Origin: Nannocystales bacterium
Lineage (GTDB): Bacteria > Myxococcota_A > Polyangia > Nannocystales > Nannocystaceae
Length of the DNA: 64,000 nt
NCBI GenBank assembly: GCA_050633305.1
Contig: JBOEGF010000005.1
Coordinates: 160,001 to 224,000 of the forward strand
Reading direction: 5' to 3'
The translations under genes were made by a program, and so were the position numbers. Positions 46,588 to 57,238 of the stretch are shown piece after piece. The notes beneath the pieces are model-generated. The model saw only the letters and a program-made list of their open reading frames with translations, was not told the origin of the DNA and searched no databases. Within the stretch, counting starts at the first letter, position 1. Each line of letters starts with the position of its first letter.

Positions 46588-48021
46588 ATGGGAATCGATC
46601 GAAGCCAACGACGTGCTCTGTGTCTGGCCCTCGCGCCACTCACATGGGGGCTGCTGGCCTGCGGAACCGGAGCAGACTCCCCGCAAGCCGAGACCCCGCT
46701 TGGCACGACGACCGCACCTGCCTCGACCGGCGAGGACGGGTCGAGCACCGAGCCTGAACCCGCGGCCTGCACACCCGGCACCCAAACGACCTGCATGTGC
46801 AGCCCCGGGGAAGTCGGCTTCCAGGTCTGCAACGACGCAGGCTCGGGCTATGGAGAATGCATGTGTGCCGATGGCACCACCGGTCCTGACCCCAGTGGTG
46901 GCGATACCAGCACGGGTGGGGACTCCTCCACCGGCGAGGCCGACCCGTGCGGAGATGCGGTCTGCGACGCCGACGGGGGCGAAGACTGTGCCTCCTGTGA
47001 GGAGGACTGCGGTGTTTGTGAGCCGTGCACCGAAGCGCCGACGTGCGAGGGGGCTGAGATCCCGCCGATCATCGACACCCACGCGATGTTCCTCGACGAT
47101 CCGATGGCCTACATCGCACCGAACGAGGTCTTGGATCAGTTGACGACCGCTGTCGAGCAGGGCGGCATCGAAGCGCGCCTCATCGCGGCCGCATTGGCGT
47201 CGGAGACGTCCGGCGAACTCGAAATCGTCACTCGCCTCCGCAGTGTCTTTGAAGGACATCCGGTGGCGTCGTCCAAGATTCGTGCTGCGTTTGCGCGCGC
47301 CGGAATGAACGACCCTGCGGTGTACGTCGCCGAACGCGGTGGCCCGACGCAGGCCGACCTCGTCGTTCCGTCCGCTGGACCCAGCGACTTCGTTTCAGGC
47401 GGTGGCCCGATGCTGGCGCCCTGCGACAACCCGCGGCTGCGCATCCGGGTGGCCCGGTTGACGGTTCATGAGGAGGACGACGATATCCTCAACGACGAGG
47501 TGTACTGCGCGATCACGACCGAGGCGGCCGAGCACGCCGAACTCAAAGTGACCCCGTTGACGACCGCGCTCGATGAAGGTGACAGCATCGACTACAGCCT
47601 CGATGGCGGCCTCATCTGGGGGCAGGGCGGGCTCACGGCTCCGATGGGCAACATCCTCATCAACTACAACTGCATCGAGTCCGAGGGGTCCGGCGAGGGA
47701 TACGCAAACCTCCTGGGCGCCATTGGAGACGCGGTCGGAGACTTCGACGGGAAGTCCGTCGGTGCCGACGGATGGGTGTTCCCCGCGGCTGGTGTCGTGA
47801 CGAACTTGCTCGCGGGCTCGCTGACGCTGGATGGTGACGACCTCCTCTTCAACGGGACGCAGACCATCCCGGCTGCCGAGATGCTGCCGCTGACCTTTGG
47901 CGCATGGTGGTCGGTGCGTCGCGATGGCACCAACGGGTTCTCCGATTGGGACTGGGAGCTGCGGATGGAGATCTGGGGCTGTCACGACTACGGCACCGGC
48001 GAACTCCCGCCCGCCGAGTGA
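46588..48021 (+). CDS. Cys-rich lipoprotein with uncharacterised C-terminal domain
   Basis: LLAC lipobox; CTPG..C.C and CGDAVCD...EDCASCEEDCG myxobacterial repeats. Confidence 0.75.
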   Translation: MGIDRSQRRALCLALAPLTWGLLACGTGADSPQAETPLGTTTAPASTGEDGSSTEPEPAACTPGTQTTCMCSPGEVGFQVCNDAGSGYGECMCADGTTGPDPSGGDTSTGGDSSTGEADPCGDAVCDADGGEDCASCEEDCGVCEPCTEAPTCEGAEIPPIIDTHAMFLDDPMAYIAPNEVLDQLTTAVEQGGIEARLIAAALASETSGELEIVTRLRSVFEGHPVASSKIRAAFARAGMNDPAVYVAERGGPTQADLVVPSAGPSDFVSGGGPMLAPCDNPRLRIRVARLTVHEEDDDILNDEVYCAITTEAAEHAELKVTPLTTALDEGDSIDYSLDGGLIWGQGGLTAPMGNILINYNCIESEGSGEGYANLLGAIGDAVGDFDGKSVGADGWVFPAAGVVTNLLAGSLTLDGDDLLFNGTQTIPAAEMLPLTFGAWWSVRRDGTNGFSDWDWELRMEIWGCHDYGTGELPPAE

Positions 48022-48033
48022 GCCGGGCGCCTC

Positions 48034-48984
48034 TTAGCCCCAAAGTGACTCGAGCGTATGCGGCGAGCCTTTGGGGCACCAGAACTCACCGGTGACGTAG
48101 CGTTCGTCCCGGTTGAGTTCATCGATCTTCTGCATGTCGCCCTCGGACAGCGTGACCTTCGTCGCGGCGAGGTTCTGGGCGATGCGCTCGGGGTTGGTGC
48201 TCTTGGGGATCACGGCGGTCCCGCGTGCGAGGGCCCATGCGATCAGCACTTGAGCTGGTCCGCAATCGTGGGACTGCGCGACCGCGGCGATCGTCGGGTC
48301 GTCGAGCAGTCTTGTCTCGTCCTCTCGACGCATCGAATCGGGCCTTCCGCTGGACCCCAACGGTGAGTACGCCGTCACGGCGACCCCTCGTTCCTTCATT
48401 CCCGCCAAGAAGTCCGGCTGGGCGTTGTAAGGGTGCAACTCGACTTGGTTCACGGCCGGGGCAACGCCGACGGCTTTCGAGATCAAGTCGAGCTTGCCGA
48501 CCGAGAAGTTGGAGACCCCGACCTGGCGTGTCTTGTCGGTGGATGGAAGCTTGGCCATCGCCTCCCAGGTCGCTTCGAGCGACGTTGCTGGCGGCGCGAG
48601 AAACTCACTGCCGGTTTTGGGGCGGATGACGCCCTTGGCGTGAGCGACCGGCCAGTGCACGAGATACAGGTCGATGTAGTCGAGGCCGAGTTGGCTCAGC
48701 GACTTCTCGAGTCCGGCCTGTACATCGCCGGGCGCGTGCATGTCGTTCCACAACTTCGTCGTGACCCACAGGTCTTCACGCGTCACATCTCCGGCTGCGA
48801 TCGCCTCGCGGATACCGCGGCCCACCTCTTCTTCATTGAAGTAGATCCATGCCGCGTCGATGTGGCGGTAGCCGAGCTTGAGTGCCTCGCGCACGGCCCG
48901 GTAGACGTGCTCGGGTTCACTCAGCCAAGTGCCGAGTCCAAACGCGGGGAACGAGGTGCCGTCGTGAAGCGAGAGCGTATGCAC
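48034..48984 (-). CDS. Aldo/keto reductase
   Basis: FGLGTW, GYRHIDAAWIY, TTKLWN, DLYLVHWP, VGVSNF, NQVELHP, IPKS; GTG 48984. Confidence 0.95.
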   Translation of the reverse strand: MHTLSLHDGTSFPAFGLGTWLSEPEHVYRAVREALKLGYRHIDAAWIYFNEEEVGRGIREAIAAGDVTREDLWVTTKLWNDMHAPGDVQAGLEKSLSQLGLDYIDLYLVHWPVAHAKGVIRPKTGSEFLAPPATSLEATWEAMAKLPSTDKTRQVGVSNFSVGKLDLISKAVGVAPAVNQVELHPYNAQPDFLAGMKERGVAVTAYSPLGSSGRPDSMRREDETRLLDDPTIAAVAQSHDCGPAQVLIAWALARGTAVIPKSTNPERIAQNLAATKVTLSEGDMQKIDELNRDERYVTGEFWCPKGSPHTLESLWG

Positions 48985-49091
48985 GGGCGGGAGGCTAGCA
49001 GGGGAAGTCAGGTGCACAGGACCCCGATCGCTTCTTCGGGTCGTCGCGCGACCGACGGGAGCTGCGCCCGACAAGAAGCACGCTATCCTGC

Positions 49092-50762
49092 GTGGCGGTG
49101 GCCCCTGCCGACCAATACCTGCGCGCCGTCGAGTATCTGCTCGATGAGGGAGTGGCGGGGCGGTCGCTTCTCCACTTCAACGAGACCGCCGCGTTCTTGG
49201 CCATGGAGGACACGAGCCTGGCCATCGTCATCCATCCCACGAAACGGGGGTCCGACCTCCTCGACACGATGACCAAGCATCTGGGGATGAACCCCAAGGC
49301 GCACCACAAGCTCATCATGGTCGGGGGCGGGGAAGAGATGCGACCGCTGCTCGAAGCGTGTCAGCCAGGGGTGTTCGCGCGCCGGATGGTTCAGGTCTAT
49401 CACCTGGCGGACGACGGCACGATCTGGAACGGTCGGTCGAGTCGGTTGGATTCGTCCGCCGGCCGCGCGCTGGAGGCTGGGAGAGACGGGGAGGGGGTCG
49501 TGGATGCCGACACGCTGGCACGCCAGGTCCAGCAGCCGTCGCGCGACGAGGTTGTTCGGGTTCGAGAACACCGCACCTTCGTCGACGCATACAAGCGTGC
49601 GCGCCCGGTGCTGACCATGGGCGCGGTGGCGCTGCTCTTGGGTGTCTACGGTCTTCAGATGACCTGGGGCGGCGGTGCGTTCATCCCCACGCTCACGCGC
49701 ATGGGCGCCAACACCGAGGCGTCACTGGGCGCCGAGCCGTGGCGGCTGCTCGCGTCCACGGTCCTGCATGGCGGTCCGGTGCACGTGTTGATGAACGGCG
49801 TCGTGCTCTACATCCTGGGTGGGCAGCTGGAGCGCATTCTCGGGTGGCGCCGACTCGCCGTGTTGCTGGTGAGCGCCGGCCTCCTGGGCGCCGTGGCCAG
49901 CAGTCTCGCCGCGGAGGCCATGCTCAGTGTTGGGGCGTCCGGTGCGATCTGGGGGCTGTTCGGCGCGGCTTTAGGCATCTCGGTTCGCCCCCAAGGTCTG
50001 GTGCCCGCGGCGGTCGTCGGCAACCTCAAGCGGGCTGCGGTCATCAACCTGGTCATCAACCTGACGGCCTCGTTCATCCCTGGGATCGACCTCATGGCGC
50101 ACTTGGGCGGTGGGGTCGCGGGTTTGTTGCTGAGTTTCTCCGGGGTGCTCACCCGCGGGCTTCGGCCACTGTCCGAAGACCCCGAGCGGACCGCGGACGC
50201 TCGCAGCGGTTGGACCCTCGCTGCGTGGGTTGCATCGGCCGCGACGCTCGCGAGCCTGGTCGTGGCGTGTGTCCTGGGCCGCCCCTGGGAGCTGGGCCGG
50301 GCTCCGCAGCTCGCCCGCACGGCGCTCGAGGGGACACGCTACTCGGTGATGACGGTCGGGGCCCCCGTGGAGTCCGAGCGAGTTGAGGGCGAAGAGCTGG
50401 TCTTCTCCATCGGTGACCCGTTGTCGGATCCGTTCACGCTCGGCGTTGATGTCCATCTTTGGGCTGAGCCAGGCCCGTTCGAAGAAACCGACATCAACGC
50501 GTGGCGGAGCCTCGATCCCGAGCTTCCTGAAGGCGTCACGCTCGTGTCCAGCGACCGCGTCGCAGGGGGAGATGCTCCTGTTGTGGACGAGGTTCACGCC
50601 TATCCTAACAATGGACTGCTGTACGTCCGCTACACCCTGCTCGATGAAGCGGAGGTCGGAGTCAGCGCGTTCGTCTTCGAGGGTGCACGCGATGACGTGA
50701 CCGCGGCCGCGAAGAAGTCGGTGCGGTCACTGCGGGTCGAATCGTCGAGTCCGTCGCATTGA
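49092..50762 (+). CDS. Rhomboid-family intramembrane serine protease with N- and C-terminal extensions
   Basis: PWRLL, HGGPVHVLMN, GASGAIWG (catalytic Ser), AHLGG (catalytic His). Confidence 0.9.
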   Translation: MAVAPADQYLRAVEYLLDEGVAGRSLLHFNETAAFLAMEDTSLAIVIHPTKRGSDLLDTMTKHLGMNPKAHHKLIMVGGGEEMRPLLEACQPGVFARRMVQVYHLADDGTIWNGRSSRLDSSAGRALEAGRDGEGVVDADTLARQVQQPSRDEVVRVREHRTFVDAYKRARPVLTMGAVALLLGVYGLQMTWGGGAFIPTLTRMGANTEASLGAEPWRLLASTVLHGGPVHVLMNGVVLYILGGQLERILGWRRLAVLLVSAGLLGAVASSLAAEAMLSVGASGAIWGLFGAALGISVRPQGLVPAAVVGNLKRAAVINLVINLTASFIPGIDLMAHLGGGVAGLLLSFSGVLTRGLRPLSEDPERTADARSGWTLAAWVASAATLASLVVACVLGRPWELGRAPQLARTALEGTRYSVMTVGAPVESERVEGEELVFSIGDPLSDPFTLGVDVHLWAEPGPFEETDINAWRSLDPELPEGVTLVSSDRVAGGDAPVVDEVHAYPNNGLLYVRYTLLDEAEVGVSAFVFEGARDDVTAAAKKSVRSLRVESSSPSH

Positions 50763-50773
50763 GGCGAGCTCGC

Positions 50774-51259
50774 TCAGCAGCAGTGGTCGCCGCAGGTTTC
50801 GATCGTGACGTCCGGGGAATTGTCCGAGATGCACTCGTCGATGAACTCACTGCCGGTCTGGAACGGGTCCCAGCAGTCGATGAAGGCTTGGCCCATGCTG
50901 TACCCCGTGTTGTCGCCAACCGTCGCTCGGATGGTGGCGGTGTACCCACAGCCGCCGGGTTTGGCCGTCCAGTAGACGGCCGGCAGGTTGAAGTTGTCGA
51001 TCTGCCAGCCGTACCAGGTTCCTCCGGCCCAGCTCCACCCGTATCCAGTCGTGACGGCGGAGTCGTGGACCACGTCGTATCCGCCGCTGGAGGTCTTGGC
51101 TCGAATCTCCACGGCTTGACCGAGGGCGTTGCCGTAGCCGGAGATACGCGGGATGGTCGTCGTGGGGTTGTTGGCAATGATCTCGCCGTCGTACGGCTCG
51201 GCAATACAAGCGGTGAGGAGTGCGGCGAGCACGAAGGGGACAGGGGTGGCGTGCCGCAT
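50774..51259 (-). CDS. Small lipoprotein
   Basis: LTAC lipobox, Trp/Tyr-rich beta region, ends CGDHCC. Confidence 0.7.
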   Translation of the reverse strand: MRHATPVPFVLAALLTACIAEPYDGEIIANNPTTTIPRISGYGNALGQAVEIRAKTSSGGYDVVHDSAVTTGYGWSWAGGTWYGWQIDNFNLPAVYWTAKPGGCGYTATIRATVGDNTGYSMGQAFIDCWDPFQTGSEFIDECISDNSPDVTIETCGDHCC

Positions 51260-51356
51260 GAGTTTTCCGGGGGGGTTGTTGCCGCGGAGGCTCAACCGTT
51301 CCCACCGGGTCGCAAACGAGCAACCGGCCGCCCAGCGTGTCATCGGACCGAACGCT

Positions 51357-52526
51357 TCACTCACAGAACGCGCGGTGCAACGCCTGCGTCAGCGCTTCCA
51401 CATCCGCGTCGTCGCAGAACAGGGTCGCCCGCAGCGGAGATGTCGCCATCGCCTTCAGGGACACGCCCATCCCCGCGGCAACCGAGCGAGCTTTCGAAAG
51501 CTTGGCTGCGTTGCGGCCCACGAAGTCTCCCACCAACGAGACTGCGCCGCAGCACTCCTCGATCTCGACCTGACCGATGAGCTTGGTGCGGAGGTTTGGC
51601 CAGTCATGCACGTCGTCGAGGCCGAACCACAGGTCAGCGATCTCGTGGTCGGCATCCATGTGCAGGACTGGCAGTGACGCATCAGCGGCCGCCGCGAGCA
51701 TGCGGTCCATGCTCTGCGCCCCGCTGGCACGCAGCCGGACCAAGTTGCGTTGGGCACTGACGCCGGTCACGGCATGGTCCCGGGATGCATCGGTCGGGCG
51801 GTCGATTCGGGTTCCGCCGACGCTACCGCCGTTGGTCGCTCGGGCCCACAGCGCGACGCCCTGTTCCCGGGCGAACGCGACCGACTCGGCGTGAAGCACC
51901 CGGGCGCCGTGAGAGGCGAGCTCGAGCATGGCGTCGTGGGTGATCGTCTCGATCAGTTTCGCCGCGTCGACGATGCGAGGGTCCGTGGTGTAGATGCCAT
52001 CGACATCGGAGCAGATCTCGCAGTACTCCGCCCCGAGTGCTCCGGCGAGCGCGACGGCTGTCGTGTCGGACCCTCCGCGGCCCAGGGTGGTGACTTCGCG
52101 TTGATACGAGACCCCTTGAAAGCCGGCGACGACGACGACCTTGCCTCGCGCCAGCTCGTCAGCGACCCGAAACGGGCGCACTTCGATGATCCGTGCGCCC
52201 GAATGTCGGGCGTCGGTGATGATCCCCGACTGTGAACCCGTGAGCGACACGGCGTCGACGCCCACCTCGTGCAGAGCCATGACGAGCAGGGCCATGGAGG
52301 CTCGCTCTCCACAAGACAACAGCATGTCCAGTTCACGGCGCGAGGGAGAGCCACTGATGTCCTTGGCCCGTTCGAGCAGCTCGTCGGTGGTCTTGCCCAT
52401 CGCCGAGACGACGACGACGACGTCGAACCCGCGGTCTTTCGTTTCGCGAACCCGCTGCGCAACCGTGCGGATCTTGTCGGTGTCGGCGACGGATGATCCC
52501 CCGTACTTCTGCACGACGATGGCCAT
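51357..52526 (-). CDS. lysC: Aspartate kinase
   Basis: [49 protein letters not shown]. Confidence 0.95.
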   Translation of the reverse strand: MAIVVQKYGGSSVADTDKIRTVAQRVRETKDRGFDVVVVVSAMGKTTDELLERAKDISGSPSRRELDMLLSCGERASMALLVMALHEVGVDAVSLTGSQSGIITDARHSGARIIEVRPFRVADELARGKVVVVAGFQGVSYQREVTTLGRGGSDTTAVALAGALGAEYCEICSDVDGIYTTDPRIVDAAKLIETITHDAMLELASHGARVLHAESVAFAREQGVALWARATNGGSVGGTRIDRPTDASRDHAVTGVSAQRNLVRLRASGAQSMDRMLAAAADASLPVLHMDADHEIADLWFGLDDVHDWPNLRTKLIGQVEIEECCGAVSLVGDFVGRNAAKLSKARSVAAGMGVSLKAMATSPLRATLFCDDADVEALTQALHRAFCE

Positions 52527-52563
52527 GTGCCGAGGGTACTACCGGCGCTGGAAGAACCAACGC

Positions 52564-52590
52564 AAAACGCCGCAGGGGTGACCTGCGGCG
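52564..52590 (-). terminator. Intrinsic terminator downstream of CDS 52613..53761
   Basis: 9-bp stem CGCCGCAGG/CCTGCGGCG with a 5-nt loop, followed by TTTT on the minus strand. Confidence 0.7.
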
Positions 52591-52612
52591 CTTGAAGCGA
52601 AGTGCGAAACGA

Positions 52613-53761
52613 CTAGGCGTCGTCGGACTCAGCGGCGGGCGCTTCATCGCTGGCAGCTTCGGCTGCCGGAGCTGCACCCTCGTCGTCTTCAGCAGCTGGG
52701 GCTTCAGCAGCTGGGGCTTCAGCAGCTGGGGCTTCAGCAGCGGGGGCTTCGGCGGCACCGGACGTGTCCGGGACGACGACCAGCGGCGTCGAACGACCCA
52801 GGACACCTTCGGCCCGCACGCGAGCGAGGTGCTCGGCAGCAGCGGGTCGCTGGGTGATCCAAATCAGGTCGTAGATGTCGAGCAAGTCGTGCGGGGGAGC
52901 GCCCGTATCGGACAGCGCATCACGCAACGACTTCACCATCTCCAGGTAGCCGCGGTAGACGCGGGCGGTCGGGAGCTTGGTGGGCCGGATGGGCTTGGTC
53001 GTGCAGTCGGCCTGCTTGGTGAAGACGCTGGGCTTCACGCAGGTGTGCTCCTTGGGGTGCACGAGCGCGAGCGGAGCGGTGATGACGGTCCAAGGTACCC
53101 GCGGCCACAGCATCGACATGGCTTGCGTCAGGTCGGTGAATCGCTTGGCGAGGTCCTCGATTCCCCAGAGCATCGCGTGGAGTGCTCGGGTGAAGGCTTC
53201 GCCGCCGACACCTTTGCGGTACGGCTCGAGCTGGGCCTTGGTGACCAGGTCGGTGGCACCGAGGACTTCGACGAGCGTCTCTTGCAGCTCTTTGTGCGCG
53301 CCCTCTTCGAGGTAGCGGTCCATCTCCGACTTGGAGAGCCGCTCTTGGGCCTCGAGGATCGCGGGGACGCGGTGACGCTTGAGGCGACGTTTGCCTTCCT
53401 TGCCCCGGTAGCCCTTCACCCATGCATCCGAGCCAAACGCTCCGGGATACTGAGCGAGGAACACGGCAAGTTGCTCGTCGAAGGTCATGGCATCCAACTT
53501 GTCGTCGGCATCCCCGCCTTGCAGTCGAGCGATCGCAGCGATGAGCACGGAGTCCGAGTCGGGCTCCTCATCGGTTCTGCTGAGCAGCTTGTAGTAGGGC
53601 TCGGCGATGACGCGCTCCTTGCCGTCTTCGAACTTGTACGCTCGCTTTCCGTCTCGCTCCCACAGGATGAGCGCGAGTCCCCACTCTTGCTTGCGGGTGT
53701 GACGGTAGAAGGAGATCTCTTCGCTCTCGTTCGCCGGATCTGTGGTGACCTCTGACGTCAT
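52613..53761 (-). CDS. Hypothetical myxobacterial cytoplasmic protein with acidic Ala-rich tail
   Basis: Coding-like codon usage; SH3-like N-terminus (YRH..KQEWGLA), LLDIYDLIW, (APAAE)n tail; AGGAAAG upstream. Confidence 0.8.
   Translation of the reverse strand: MTSEVTTDPANESEEISFYRHTRKQEWGLALILWERDGKRAYKFEDGKERVIAEPYYKLLSRTDEEPDSDSVLIAAIARLQGGDADDKLDAMTFDEQLAVFLAQYPGAFGSDAWVKGYRGKEGKRRLKRHRVPAILEAQERLSKSEMDRYLEEGAHKELQETLVEVLGATDLVTKAQLEPYRKGVGGEAFTRALHAMLWGIEDLAKRFTDLTQAMSMLWPRVPWTVITAPLALVHPKEHTCVKPSVFTKQADCTTKPIRPTKLPTARVYRGYLEMVKSLRDALSDTGAPPHDLLDIYDLIWITQRPAAAEHLARVRAEGVLGRSTPLVVVPDTSGAAEAPAAEAPAAEAPAAEAPAAEDDEGAAPAAEAASDEAPAAESDDA
52688..52750. repeat. 15-bp tandem repeat (TTCAGCAGCTGGGGC) x4 encoding APAAE
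   Basis: Three perfect copies and one single-mismatch copy. Confidence 0.9.
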
Positions 53762-54022
53762 GACTTTCCTTGCTCGGCCGTTCTGGAGTGAGTCGAAGGG
53801 TGCAAGCGATTGTCCGAGTTACACAGAAGCGCGACTCGGGCTGACCCAACCGATGCGCGGACCGTAACACAGCATCGTTCGGGGCCCAACCGTGGCCTTT
53901 GAACACGGTTTTTGGGCTGGACTCCCTTGACCCGATAGCGACAGTAGATGCGAGGACCGCGCGGGAATCCCCGCGGATCTACATGGAGCCGCGCGGCGGG
54001 AGATACTGCGGTCGAAACCGCC

Positions 54023-56503
54023 ATGAAGGTCGCTCGAGATCCAGCATTCGAAGCTTTTGTAGAAGGCCTGCCTCGGGACCACGCAACGCGCGTGAAGTCC
54101 ATTCGCGATGGTCAGTTGGTCCCCGGGGGCAGGGCGCATGTCCGTCTGTTCGAGCGGGTTGGCGGGGGTCGGCCGCACCCCCGACTGCACATCGAAGTAC
54201 CGCCCGCGACTGACCCCATCGCCCCGCGGGTCTGGATTGGGACACCCGAAGAGACACCAAAAACACCGGCTGAACTCGATGCGTGGGCCCGGGCCGAGCT
54301 CGCGGGAAACCTCGCAACAATCTCTGGAGGTGATCTCGATCCCAGCCTCGCACCTCAGGGGTCGGAGCGGTACTGGCAGCACAGCATCCGGGTTCAGCGA
54401 ACCGCGGCTTTCTTTGAGCAGCTTCGCGCCGCGGTCGCAGGCTGGTCGTGGAGCGATGCCGATGCCGCGGCCGCGGTGGTGCGCGTGCTCGAGGACGAAG
54501 CGTTTGCGACGACGATCGCATTCGACGACGCGGACACCGGCACCTACCACAGCTTCGGGCACGACGCGCCGTTCGTGCACTACCTCGAGGCGATGTTGCA
54601 GTCCCTACCCGCGGAGGGCTCCGAGGCGATCGCGTTGATCTCCGACGCATCGGCAGCGTCCGTTCGGCGGCAACGCGCGCAGGCACAAGCGCACCTCGAT
54701 CATCTCATGCGGCACAAGTACGCGTACGAGGTCGTGCAGGAGACGGACATCGAGCGGACGGTCGGTGGGTTTCTGATCGAGCGTGCGTCGCGAAACATCG
54801 TGTCCGAAGTCCCGGGCGCCGATACGCTCTCCCCTTCGTACGAGCTGCTTCGGATCGACCCAGGGGCGGAGCACGATGAGGCCGGTGCGTGGGTCTACCG
54901 CGATGGGCAAGGCGCGATCCGGCTGCAAGATGGCACCGCCGTCGCGGTCGAGACCGGCGAGCTTCGGTCGGCTCCCGTCGACGCGGCCTCGCTGACGTTT
55001 CGGCGCGCGGTTGGAGAACCCCGGTTGCGTGCGGACATGCGCTTGGACTGGGACGGCAACGGCCACGTTCAACCGGGCCGCATTGAGTGGGTGTCGTGGG
55101 CCGGACACTGCGACGTCAAAGCCGTGCTCGAGCAACTCGGCATCACATTGACGGAATCGCCACCGCCCTCGGTGCGGGAGTATCGCTCGGACACGGGCAA
55201 GACCCAGGTGTACAGCCGCGACCTGTTGCTGGAGATGCTCGCGAGCGTCGTGGAACTCGGCTCGGTCTACCGCCGCCTCGACGGGACCGGTAGGCAGTCC
55301 AAGGGCCTGCACCTGTTTGGGGGCTCGCGCAACGATGAGCGGCCCGATCGTATCCAGTGGGCGGGACCGGCCGCAGGACGAGGCTTTCGGTGGCCACTGG
55401 GAGGCCGTTCGGATGCGATGCGGGTCTCTGCGATCACGTGGTCCGACGGCTCCCGTGCCGATATGGACACGGCGTTCTATCGCCGGATTCCAGACACGGA
55501 GGCGACGACGTTCGCGTCCAACCCCCGGTACCTCAAGACGGTCGAAGGGGATTATAACCTGCTCGATATCTCGGGCGCTCGGCTCGAGCTCATGGTGAGC
55601 GCCGACGACGTCGACCCGCAGACGGGGTTCATTCGCTCGGCTCGTGTTGCGTCGAGCCTCGACCTCTCCAAGGACGCGGTGGGGCCCGAAGATGGGATGT
55701 TCTTCCTGGGTACCCATGTCGACGATGCCGCAGCCCGTCGGCTGTTTCGCGTGTATTGGGATCCTGCCTCGAACTCGATCGTGGCCAGGTTGTTCGAGTA
55801 CACGTGGGGAGGGGAGCGTTGGGAGGCGCAACGGCTTGGCGGCGAGGACATTCGTCTGCCGATGGCGGCGCCAACAGTGGTCACGCTCAGCCGCGAGATG
55901 AAGCGCGACAACCCCGAGCAGTACCAGACGCTACTCGACGTCGCGCTGCGGCAGGGCAAACACATCTGCGCCGACACAGACAAAGATGCGGCGGTCTGGA
56001 ACGGGGTCGTGACTCACCTGGGGGCGAGGAAGGTCGCCGACAACGTCGAGGCGAAGACCGAGCATTGGGAGGTCGACGTCAAGGCGCGCTTCGGGAGCGC
56101 CAAGCTGTCCTACCTGCTTCGGCGGGACGACCGCGGAGAACCGCTGGAGTACTGCCCCGCATCTGCGGACGGGTCGCAGGACGCGTGGCCGGACTTCTTG
56201 TGGCACGACGTTCCCGACGTTGGGTCGAAGGCGTTCTCCGAGGGAGCGTGGGTCGTGAACGAGACGATGCTCGAACGTGGTGTCGTGACCGTCAGTCAGG
56301 ACCCGTCTGTGGCCGGAGCCGCCTACGTTCACGACGACCACGTCAAGAATGTGTTCGAGCTACTCTACTGCGGCCTTGGAGCCGTCCGGCATACGATCGT
56401 GCACGACAACAAGCGATACGGGTTCTCGGATGTTGCTGCGTGGGAATCGGCGGTCGCCGAGCTCGACACCCGCCGCGCGCGGGTCCGATTCGAGACCATT
56501 TAG
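54023..56503 (+). CDS. Large protein with GP42/transglutaminase-elicitor-like Cys-enzyme motifs
   Basis: SWAGHCD, DNPEQYQ, ADTDKDAAVWNGVV, YLLRRDDRG and WPDFLW occur in the order seen in the TGase_elicitor family. Confidence 0.6.
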   Translation: MKVARDPAFEAFVEGLPRDHATRVKSIRDGQLVPGGRAHVRLFERVGGGRPHPRLHIEVPPATDPIAPRVWIGTPEETPKTPAELDAWARAELAGNLATISGGDLDPSLAPQGSERYWQHSIRVQRTAAFFEQLRAAVAGWSWSDADAAAAVVRVLEDEAFATTIAFDDADTGTYHSFGHDAPFVHYLEAMLQSLPAEGSEAIALISDASAASVRRQRAQAQAHLDHLMRHKYAYEVVQETDIERTVGGFLIERASRNIVSEVPGADTLSPSYELLRIDPGAEHDEAGAWVYRDGQGAIRLQDGTAVAVETGELRSAPVDAASLTFRRAVGEPRLRADMRLDWDGNGHVQPGRIEWVSWAGHCDVKAVLEQLGITLTESPPPSVREYRSDTGKTQVYSRDLLLEMLASVVELGSVYRRLDGTGRQSKGLHLFGGSRNDERPDRIQWAGPAAGRGFRWPLGGRSDAMRVSAITWSDGSRADMDTAFYRRIPDTEATTFASNPRYLKTVEGDYNLLDISGARLELMVSADDVDPQTGFIRSARVASSLDLSKDAVGPEDGMFFLGTHVDDAAARRLFRVYWDPASNSIVARLFEYTWGGERWEAQRLGGEDIRLPMAAPTVVTLSREMKRDNPEQYQTLLDVALRQGKHICADTDKDAAVWNGVVTHLGARKVADNVEAKTEHWEVDVKARFGSAKLSYLLRRDDRGEPLEYCPASADGSQDAWPDFLWHDVPDVGSKAFSEGAWVVNETMLERGVVTVSQDPSVAGAAYVHDDHVKNVFELLYCGLGAVRHTIVHDNKRYGFSDVAAWESAVAELDTRRARVRFETI

Positions 56504-56563
56504 GACCTCCGCTCCTCGGTCCGGACGCCCCCCGCGCTGAGCCGGCCTTGATACGATATCCGC

Positions 56564-57238
56564 ATGGTGTGGCGGATGGCGTTTGGGGTTGGCGTTGTGG
56601 TGGCGGCGGTTTCAGGTTCTGCGGTGGCCGCCGAACCGGTGACCACCGCGGCACCGCAATCGGCGAGCTCCGTCGCGCATCGCTCCTCTGCGCGCCGTTC
56701 CGACCCATGGGGGGCCAGTCAAGACTCGGTCTATGTGCGGCTGGAAGCCGATGGCATCGGCACGCCCGGTGTCTGGCCGAACCCTTCGCTTGGGGGGGAG
56801 GTCGCGATTCTGGCCGGTCGGCCGAACCTGCATGCTCGGGTCGGGGTCGGGGCGATGGCCACGCCGACGTTCACGCTCGGCGAGCGAGGGAAGATCGGAA
56901 CGGTTCTCGAGACGAGTGATATCGAGGGCTGCGCGGCGTCCCACCACCGCGTGCACCGCGTACGACTGTGCGCCGGGATGCAGGCTGGCGTCATGCACCT
57001 TCGGTGGGGCGGTTTTGCCAATCCTGGGCGGCGGGACCTCCCTTGGGTGGCGGTCGTGGGCGGGGGCAGCTACGCGATCGCACTCGGCCGGGTGGTGGAC
57101 CTCCATGCGGGGATCGGTCTGGGTACGCCGGTCGTCCGCCCTCGCCTCGTCACGCGAAGTCGGGGCGCGATCGACGTCGAGCGGTCGGGGTTCGTATTCT
57201 CGACGTTCCGGATCGGGCTCGGCTTCCGGCTCGGCTAG
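56564..57238 (+). CDS. Secreted/outer-membrane beta-rich hypothetical protein
   Basis: Signal peptide, amphipathic strands, C-terminal IGLGFRLG; shares the C...LCAG.. pattern with CDS 19355..20437. Confidence 0.65.
   Translation: MVWRMAFGVGVVVAAVSGSAVAAEPVTTAAPQSASSVAHRSSARRSDPWGASQDSVYVRLEADGIGTPGVWPNPSLGGEVAILAGRPNLHARVGVGAMATPTFTLGERGKIGTVLETSDIEGCAASHHRVHRVRLCAGMQAGVMHLRWGGFANPGRRDLPWVAVVGGGSYAIALGRVVDLHAGIGLGTPVVRPRLVTRSRGAIDVERSGFVFSTFRIGLGFRLG

Noticed and set aside
50774..50800. CC-TGA end of the small lipoprotein as another Sec site
   Set aside because: No similar hairpin follows, and the continuation runs antisense into the rhomboid gene
52527..52612. Lysine riboswitch upstream of aspartate kinase
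   Set aside because: The intergenic region is only 86 bp and is largely occupied by the upstream gene's terminator, too short for the aptamer
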